20,000 bases of DNA from an uncultured virus (IMG/VR IMGVR_UViG_3300038423_000132). Taxonomy: Duplodnaviria > Heunggongvirae > Uroviricota > Caudoviricetes. The notes beneath the pieces were generated by a model, which made no database searches, was not told the origin of the DNA, and was given only the letters and a program-made list of their open reading frames with translations. Shown piece after piece: positions 7,336-13,879 of this stretch (positions within the stretch are counted from its first letter, which is position 1; each line of letters starts with the position of its first letter). Both the position numbers and the translations under genes were made by a program. Location of the stretch: the IMG/VR virus record IMGVR_UViG_3300038423_000132. One strand, written 5' to 3'.

Positions 7336-10300
7336 TGGGCAGCGCAGCGGTCCAACTCGCCCCGTGGGAAGAGGCGGCGCAGCAGACCCCTCCGTGGGAA
7401 GAGGCTGCACAGGCGCAGACCAAAGCCGCGCCATCTCCCTACCCTCCCGGCACTCCCCCTGCAGCCCAACCATTTAGCGACCAGGACGCCGCGCGGTTCA
7501 CGCGGCCAGCCGGAACATCTGTTCCTCCAACCTTTTACAACAGAACTCCAAATACACCTAGCACGCAAAGTGCTGCACAGCCTCCATCCCCTCCCGGATT
7601 CTGGTCTTCGGTCGTTAAACCTGCCGCATCTTCGTTCGCGCGCGCTGTTGGTTTGCCTGGCTCCGTCGAAGAAGCTGCGCAACAGCAGGAGCAGCGACAG
7701 GCTGAGTTGCGCGCCCATCCCGTAAAAGGCACCATCGAGGCTCTCGCCGGTCCCCCTGGACAATTTGCGGAGGGGCTGTACGCGGGCGCAAAGCGCATCA
7801 CCGGCGAGCTGAAAGAGGGAGGCGAGGCGCTCGCAGAGGGCCAGCCTGGCTTCGCGGCGGTCCATGCGGTCCAGGCGATCCCATTCGTCGGTGCGGGGAT
7901 CCAGACCGGCGTTCAGCAACTCGGGCCGAACGAGCTGATAAACCCAGCGGAAGTTGGCACGGTCCTTGGCACAGCCGCCCAGGTTGCCCCCATGCTTTTG
8001 GGCGGAGGCGGTGAAGCCCGTCCAAAACTCAACCTCGGCGTTTACACCCCTCACGAGCCTCCGATGCTCCCGCTTCCCCCGGCAGAGCCTGAGTACGTGG
8101 GCGAGCCGGAAGCCCCTCCGCAGCCAGCAGGCATCCCTGACGCCGAGGTGACGCCGTGGGAGGAGGCTAAGCAGGCGCAACTGCCGGCCACGACATCGGC
8201 CGGACTCCGCCCGCCGCCGCCCGTCAACCGCGCCGAGGCCGTCGAGCGCACGACGCCGCCTCCGCAGTTCGCGCCGCGGCCAGCGCCGACCGCCGCTCGG
8301 GGAATGATCGTCGACCAGCAGGGGAATGTGCTCCCGGTGCGCCCCGGTCTGCCGCCGCCGGTTGAGACGGCCGGCCGGAAGACGCCGATCATCGCCAAGC
8401 CTGTCCCGCCGACCGTCCAGCCCGGGCCCGTCGCTCCAAGGTTGGCCACGCCCGCTGTGATGGCACCAGCGCCCGCGCAGGCTGTCCCTGTACAGGCCGC
8501 GCCCTCCCCGGCAGGCCAACCCACCATCCTGCAGCCGAACGCCCCACAGGGCCAGCCAGAGGCCCAGCGGCCTGTGGTTCAGGCAAGCACCGAACCGGCC
8601 GAGATCCGGCAATCGGCCGCGGAGCAGAAGCCGGTCCTCAAAGACATGGCCGAGACCGCCGTCGAGGGGATCCCCGGCGCCAAGGTCGAGGGGATGCGGG
8701 TCAAGGAGCCAGAGGCCGTCGAGAACAAGGAGGACCGCGGCAAGCCACCGGAGACCATCGTTGACCACCTCGGGGCTCGAGTCTCGGCTCCCACGCCAGA
8801 GGCGGTTGAGCAGATCAGGCAGAACATCGAGAGCCAGCTTCCGGTTCGAAGTGCCGACAAGATCGATTCGAACGGCGTGAATGCCGACCAATACGCCGTG
8901 CAGACCGGGATGCCGGGAGAGCCGAACCAGCAGTCTGAACTCCAGGTTGTGACCGCGCCGGTCGCCGAGGCCATGAAGGCCACGGACGACCTGTACGACC
9001 AGCAGAAGAAGGCGCTGGCGGCCGGGGACCAAGCCAAGGCCGATGAACTGGGCGCGCAGATCGCCGCCAAGATGCAGGACGCCCAACAGCCGGAGCTCCA
9101 GGGCCGCGCCGTGCTGGCCGAGTCGCCGGAGCAGACGCAGCTTGGCAACCCACCGCCCAAGGCGGGCGATACCGTCGCCTACCAGACCAACGGCGGGAAG
9201 ACGCGGAACGCGAAGGTCGTCCGGGTCGACGGCCAGGACGCCTACCTGCGCGACGGGTACGCGACGGTCAAGAAGCCGATCGCAAGCCTGAAACCGGCAG
9301 GCGCGCCCGCCGCCGCGCCAGTGCCGCAACCCGCCGCACCCGCGCCAGCAAAGGCCGCGCCCGTTGCGCGCGCCGCCGCCGCGCCGCCGCCGCCCGTCCA
9401 GCAGGGCCAGCCAGCGCCCGGCACGCCCCGCCCGGTTGGAGAGCCGATCCGGGCCCGCATCGATCAGATCAAGGACCTTGAGGCCAAGGGCCAGAAAGTC
9501 GTCATCTTCTCTGCCGAGGCCGACAACCCGGCGGTCAAAGAGGCTTTGACCAAGGCAGGTCTGGGCAACCTGCCGGTGACGAATATCAAGGGGCCGGACT
9601 TCGGCGCGCTGCTCGACAACGATGTAAACGTGGAGCGGAACGGGACCGGGCCGATGACGATTCCGCCCGTGGTGCCCGGAAAGTCTCTCTACGTCGATTT
9701 CGACGGAACGCTGTTCATGGAGCCGGGAGAGAGAACAGGAGCGCAAGCCAATGCCATTGAACCTCGGAACGGCGGCCAGCCATCAGGCCCTTCAGAAGCA
9801 AGTGGTGGTGGGGAGAAAATCAATGCCAATGAAATCGCAGGCAATGCGCCGCGCGCTGTGGGCCAAGGACCCCAAGGTGGCGCAGGAGTTCGAGAACGAG
9901 ACACCGAAGGGCGCGGTACTGCCGGAGCGATTGCACCCGCCGTCGAAGAAAAGCCACTGGGTCAGCCGGGCGGTGGGGAGAAACCGGAAAAAGTAACGAC
10001 CACCAAATACAAGTACGGCAACACCCAGGCCGACATCCCGCGCGGCTCGGAAGCCGGGAAAGCGCTCGCGGCTGCACGCGCCAAGATCGCCCCGGATGAC
10101 CTGATGCCTACCAGCAACACATCGGATGGCGGAGGTCTCGAAGAAGATTCCCATGTGACCGTCCGGTACGGGATTGACAGCGACGACACGAGCGGCATTC
10201 GGACGCATCTTGAGAAGCAGACACCGTTCGAGGCATCTCTGGGCAAGGTCACATCGTTTCCGCCGAGCGAACATTCGGACGGAGCAGCACCGATTGTCGT

Positions 10301-13250
10301 GGCAGTCGAGTCTCCCGAACTCCGTAAGTTGGAGAAAGAACTCGACAAGCACGGCGCATTTGTTGAGCGTAGCTTCCCCGAGTACAAGCCCCATGCGACT
10401 CTCGCCTACGTGAAACCGGAGGCGGCCCAGAAATATGTGGGGATGCCCGGAACTGAGGGCAAGAAGTTCACGGTCAACAGCATCTCGATCACGGATAAGA
10501 ACGGCGATTCTGTCTCGGTCCCGCTCAAAGGCAAGCACGCCCCCGCCTTCTACAGACCCAAGCCCGCGCCCGCTCCGGTAGAGAAGCCAGCCGCGCCGGT
10601 CAAGACGGAAGCGGATGCCGTCGCGCCGGGAACTGCGCCGCCGACTGAGTTGGAGAACCTGGCCTCCGCCGAGCAGGCCGCCAAGGAGCCAAAGGAAACG
10701 CCGTCCGCTCTCGGCTCGACGACCTACGCTGGCGGTTTCCTCGATCCCGAACTCTTCAAGACGCTCTTCCCCGACCTGGCTGAGCGATTCAAGAACTGGG
10801 CCACAGACGAGATCACTCCCGGCGACACGCAGCGCGAGATGATGCGCGAGACCCGCGGCGAGCGTGACCGGCAGGTTGCTGCAATCGCCAAGAAGCTCCA
10901 GCCGTCGCGGAACTCATGGACGTTCCGCCCGCGCTCCGACTCCACCAAGTTCTTCAATGCTGTCGAGAGCGGGGATCTTTCCTCCCTCGATCCCAAAGAC
11001 CGCGCGCTGGCCCAACTGTTCAAGGGTGGATTCGAGCCGCTCATCAAGGAGATTCAGGAGCTAAAGCCCCAAGTCCTGCAATCCCTGATCGAGAACTACT
11101 TCCCGCACATCTGGGAGCAGCCATCGATGGCCGCGAAGACCCTCCGTGCGGTCATGTCCGGGCGCCGCCCGTTCGCCGGATCCGGTTCATTCCTCAAGCA
11201 GCGTACCATTCCCACCATTCAGGACGGCCTCGACATGGGCCTCAAGCCAGTGTCGTGGAATCCTGTCGATCTGTTCCTGCGCAAGTATTCGGAGATGAGC
11301 CAGTTCCTGATGGGACACAAGACGCTGGAGATGATGAAAGAGGCCGGGACCGCAAAGCAGGTTATGGTTGGCAAGAAAGCTCCAGACGGATGGCGGCAGT
11401 TGGACGACAGGATCAGTACGATATTCAGCTACGATGATGACGACCATCTCTTCATTCGCGGCCATTACTACGCCCCTCCCGATGTAGCCAAGGTCTTCAA
11501 CAACTTTGTCTCCCGTGGTCTCGCCGGCCGCTCCGCGCTCTACGATGTGCTGCGCTGGACGAACAACAACCTCAACTCTCTGCAGTTGGGCATCTCCGCG
11601 TTCCACGCCTCGACCACGGCGGTCAACGCCGCAACCAGTGAAGTCGCTCTGGGAATCCAGAAACTGAGCGAGGGGAAACCCCTCGAGGCGGCAGGTCACA
11701 TCATCTCCGGGGCGACTGTAGCTCCCAGCGTAATCCGCACAATGGTCAACGGCTCGCGGATGATGAACGAATATCTCAGCCCTGGCAGCTATCGAAAGTT
11801 CGCGGCAGAAGCGTCTGCTGTTGCCGAGGCGGGCGGCAGGGCCAAGATGGATGTGGTTCCCATGACCGCCTTCCGCAAGACTGTGAACGCATTCAGGAAC
11901 GGCGCAGTGGCAGAGGGGCTGCTCTCCCTCCCAGGCACGGTACTCCAGACTACCATCGCTCCGGTCATGGACTACATGGTGCCCCGTGTGAAACTTGGAG
12001 CCTTCTACGACATGGCCCACGACATTCTGGATGAGGCTGCCGAGCACAACTGGGATGAGGAGGCGACGCGCCGGAAGATGCAGCGGGCGTGGGACTCGGT
12101 AGACAACCGCTTTGGCCAACTGGTCTACGACAACCTCTTCTGGCATCGCGCTCTTCAGGACACCCTCATGCTGGCCAGCCGGTCAGTAGGATGGAACTTT
12201 GGCGACATACGCGAATTGGGCGGAGGCATCAAGGATATAGGGCAGCAAGCTGCAGGCGTCTTTCAAGGGAAAATGCCGGAGGTTACTCCCAGGATGGCCT
12301 TCGCTTTTGCGCTGCCGCTGGTCACGGGCCTGATTGGCGGAGTGCTGACCTATCTCTGGACCGGCCACAAGCCGGATACGTGGAAGGACTACTTCTACCC
12401 GAAGCGGCAGGATGGAACGCGAGTCTCGATCCCCGGTTACATGAAGGATGTCATAGGCTTTGCGCAGCATCCTATCGGCACAGTGACCAACAAGATGAGC
12501 CCGCTGCTTGAGATGACGGCCGAGGCGATCAACAACCGCGACTTCTACGGCACTGAGATCCGGCACACGGATGACCCCTATGTGAAGCAACTCCTTCAAG
12601 TCTCTCGGTGGGCGGCGGGACAGACCGAACCCTTTGCTATCTCCGGCGGTCAGAAACTGCTGGCCAAAGAGGGGGAGGATACCACGTTCCGGTGGGCGCA
12701 TCCCGTCGAGTCGGTAGAGCGCATTGCCGGCGCGGCCGTCAGACACCCCGGCGATCTTGCGCTTGGTCAACTCGGGTTCCAGCCGGCACCGGCCTTCATA
12801 CAAAACTCGAAGGCACTCAACATGGCCCGCGAGTATGGACAGGCTAATCGGCCATCGGGAACAAAGACGCAGGCAGAGGCTGAGAAGTCCCAGGCCATGC
12901 ACACGATCGAGGATATGTATCGGGCGAAGCAAGTCAACCAATCGGTGATCGACGAGTACAAGAGATCTGGGGTAGTCAACGAAAACGATCTTGTGCGCGC
13001 AAGATTCTATGCTCGCACCGATCCATTGGTGGCAGCCGTGCGCTCTCTGCATTCCGACCAGGCGCTCAACGTGTACCTGGCGGCCACGCCAGCAGAACAG
13101 AAGACGCTGCGGCCATTGATCGAATTGAAGAATCGGGAGATACCAAAGGACACCCCCACCGATCAGCAGCAGCAACTCAAGGATGCCTACCGCAAGGCCC
13201 TGCATCCGCAACCGAAGTTTACGGGACCGAGCACCGGACCCGCCGCGTAG
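7335..13250 (+). CDS. Giant polyvalent ejection-type protein (RelA/SpoT-like, SH3-like, permuted HAD-like, 2H phosphoesterase and LPD38-like C-terminal regions), 1971 aa
   Basis: Uninterrupted 5.9-kb ORF, third and largest of the ejection-type genes. Motifs: RVK..DHLGARV..ELQVVT; GEPI..VVIFSA..VTNIK..VDFDGTL; HVT/HAT pair; C-terminal 'SPLLEMTAEAINNRDFYGTEI'. Confidence 0.8.
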   Translation: MGSAAVQLAPWEEAAQQTPPWEEAAQAQTKAAPSPYPPGTPPAAQPFSDQDAARFTRPAGTSVPPTFYNRTPNTPSTQSAAQPPSPPGFWSSVVKPAASSFARAVGLPGSVEEAAQQQEQRQAELRAHPVKGTIEALAGPPGQFAEGLYAGAKRITGELKEGGEALAEGQPGFAAVHAVQAIPFVGAGIQTGVQQLGPNELINPAEVGTVLGTAAQVAPMLLGGGGEARPKLNLGVYTPHEPPMLPLPPAEPEYVGEPEAPPQPAGIPDAEVTPWEEAKQAQLPATTSAGLRPPPPVNRAEAVERTTPPPQFAPRPAPTAARGMIVDQQGNVLPVRPGLPPPVETAGRKTPIIAKPVPPTVQPGPVAPRLATPAVMAPAPAQAVPVQAAPSPAGQPTILQPNAPQGQPEAQRPVVQASTEPAEIRQSAAEQKPVLKDMAETAVEGIPGAKVEGMRVKEPEAVENKEDRGKPPETIVDHLGARVSAPTPEAVEQIRQNIESQLPVRSADKIDSNGVNADQYAVQTGMPGEPNQQSELQVVTAPVAEAMKATDDLYDQQKKALAAGDQAKADELGAQIAAKMQDAQQPELQGRAVLAESPEQTQLGNPPPKAGDTVAYQTNGGKTRNAKVVRVDGQDAYLRDGYATVKKPIASLKPAGAPAAAPVPQPAAPAPAKAAPVARAAAAPPPPVQQGQPAPGTPRPVGEPIRARIDQIKDLEAKGQKVVIFSAEADNPAVKEALTKAGLGNLPVTNIKGPDFGALLDNDVNVERNGTGPMTIPPVVPGKSLYVDFDGTLFMEPGERTGAQANAIEPRNGGQPSGPSEASGGGEKINANEIAGNAPRAVGQGPQGGAGVRERDTEGRGTAGAIAPAVEEKPLGQPGGGEKPEKVTTTKYKYGNTQADIPRGSEAGKALAAARAKIAPDDLMPTSNTSDGGGLEEDSHVTVRYGIDSDDTSGIRTHLEKQTPFEASLGKVTSFPPSEHSDGAAPIVVAVESPELRKLEKELDKHGAFVERSFPEYKPHATLAYVKPEAAQKYVGMPGTEGKKFTVNSISITDKNGDSVSVPLKGKHAPAFYRPKPAPAPVEKPAAPVKTEADAVAPGTAPPTELENLASAEQAAKEPKETPSALGSTTYAGGFLDPELFKTLFPDLAERFKNWATDEITPGDTQREMMRETRGERDRQVAAIAKKLQPSRNSWTFRPRSDSTKFFNAVESGDLSSLDPKDRALAQLFKGGFEPLIKEIQELKPQVLQSLIENYFPHIWEQPSMAAKTLRAVMSGRRPFAGSGSFLKQRTIPTIQDGLDMGLKPVSWNPVDLFLRKYSEMSQFLMGHKTLEMMKEAGTAKQVMVGKKAPDGWRQLDDRISTIFSYDDDDHLFIRGHYYAPPDVAKVFNNFVSRGLAGRSALYDVLRWTNNNLNSLQLGISAFHASTTAVNAATSEVALGIQKLSEGKPLEAAGHIISGATVAPSVIRTMVNGSRMMNEYLSPGSYRKFAAEASAVAEAGGRAKMDVVPMTAFRKTVNAFRNGAVAEGLLSLPGTVLQTTIAPVMDYMVPRVKLGAFYDMAHDILDEAAEHNWDEEATRRKMQRAWDSVDNRFGQLVYDNLFWHRALQDTLMLASRSVGWNFGDIRELGGGIKDIGQQAAGVFQGKMPEVTPRMAFAFALPLVTGLIGGVLTYLWTGHKPDTWKDYFYPKRQDGTRVSIPGYMKDVIGFAQHPIGTVTNKMSPLLEMTAEAINNRDFYGTEIRHTDDPYVKQLLQVSRWAAGQTEPFAISGGQKLLAKEGEDTTFRWAHPVESVERIAGAAVRHPGDLALGQLGFQPAPAFIQNSKALNMAREYGQANRPSGTKTQAEAEKSQAMHTIEDMYRAKQVNQSVIDEYKRSGVVNENDLVRARFYARTDPLVAAVRSLHSDQALNVYLAATPAEQKTLRPLIELKNREIPKDTPTDQQQQLKDAYRKALHPQPKFTGPSTGPAA
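9823..9996 (+). CDS. Nested small basic protein, 57 aa (MPMKSQAMRRALWAKDPKVAQEFENETPKGAVLPERL...), in the +1 frame inside the giant gene
   Basis: GGAG (9812-9815) sits 7 nt before ATG 9823. By my count 48 of 57 codons end in G/C, versus about half in the host frame over the same bases. Resembles small phage 'MPFKSxAQRR...TPKGKxLP' proteins. Confidence 0.7.
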   Translation: MPMKSQAMRRALWAKDPKVAQEFENETPKGAVLPERLHPPSKKSHWVSRAVGRNRKK

Positions 13251-13264
13251 TACAGGAGGACGCA

Positions 13265-13879
13265 ATGCCGAACGGACGCAAGCCCGGGTGGAGGCCGCCG
13301 CCCGAACCGAAGAAGGAACGCCGGCCGCGTATGAGCCTTGAGCAGCGACGTGTACTCCGTGCCGAGAGAAAGGCTGCGCAGGAGCCTGGGTACATCCCTG
13401 TGCCCCCCGAGAAGCCCCACGTACCGAAGATCATGGACCCCGATCCCAACATCTTCCCACCCAAACTGCGGCGCGTGCTGCAGTATTACCTCGACACCTG
13501 GCCCCGCGACCTCGACAAAGCAGCAAGGGCAGCGTGGATGCTGCCAGATGAATTCAGGGAGCATCTGAAGTCGCCGGGCGTGAAAGAGTATCTGCGGCGG
13601 GAAGAAGAGAAGATCGACGAGAAAGCAGCCGATCGGAGGGCAGAGGCTCGCGTACTCACTGAAGATCATCTCGACGCGATGACGGTTGGCATCCTCGAAA
13701 ACCCGACCATTCCTCCAGCGCAGAAGGTGCGCATGATCGAAGTTGGCTACAGGCGGTTTGGTATGCTGAAGGACCGCGTTGAAGCGACGGGCGCAGGCGG
13801 TGCTCCGCTGGCATTCGAGCTAATCAGGATCGGCCAGAAAAAGGAACACGATGGCGACTCTGGCGATTCCTCTATTTAA
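13265..13879 (+). CDS. terS: Terminase small subunit
   Basis: AGGAGG RBS. Directly upstream of and overlapping TerL. C-terminal 'IEVGYRRFGMLKDRVEATGAGGAPL' matches the TerS 'LELLGKHLGMFxDRVExTGxxGGP' pattern. Confidence 0.75.
   Translation: MPNGRKPGWRPPPEPKKERRPRMSLEQRRVLRAERKAAQEPGYIPVPPEKPHVPKIMDPDPNIFPPKLRRVLQYYLDTWPRDLDKAARAAWMLPDEFREHLKSPGVKEYLRREEEKIDEKAADRRAEARVLTEDHLDAMTVGILENPTIPPAQKVRMIEVGYRRFGMLKDRVEATGAGGAPLAFELIRIGQKKEHDGDSGDSSI

Noticed and set aside
9290..9430. GC-rich GCGCCC/GCCGCC quasi-repeats
   Set aside because: Explained by the Pro/Ala linker codons; no regular repeat-spacer structure. I saw no CRISPR array, tRNA or rRNA in the window.
7266..9746. 826-aa antisense ORF (also 6178-7473, 9792-10538, 11187-12146, 12183-13265, 2869-3729)
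   Set aside because: Antisense shadows of GC3-biased sense genes: Arg/Gly/Leu-rich, with no motifs and no clear RBS.
10916..11437. Other same-strand out-of-frame ORFs inside large genes (also 1095-1844, 2997-3488, 12089-12511)
   Set aside because: Unlike 9823-9996, they lack an evident RBS/ATG pair and the host frame keeps its codon bias and protein-like sequence.
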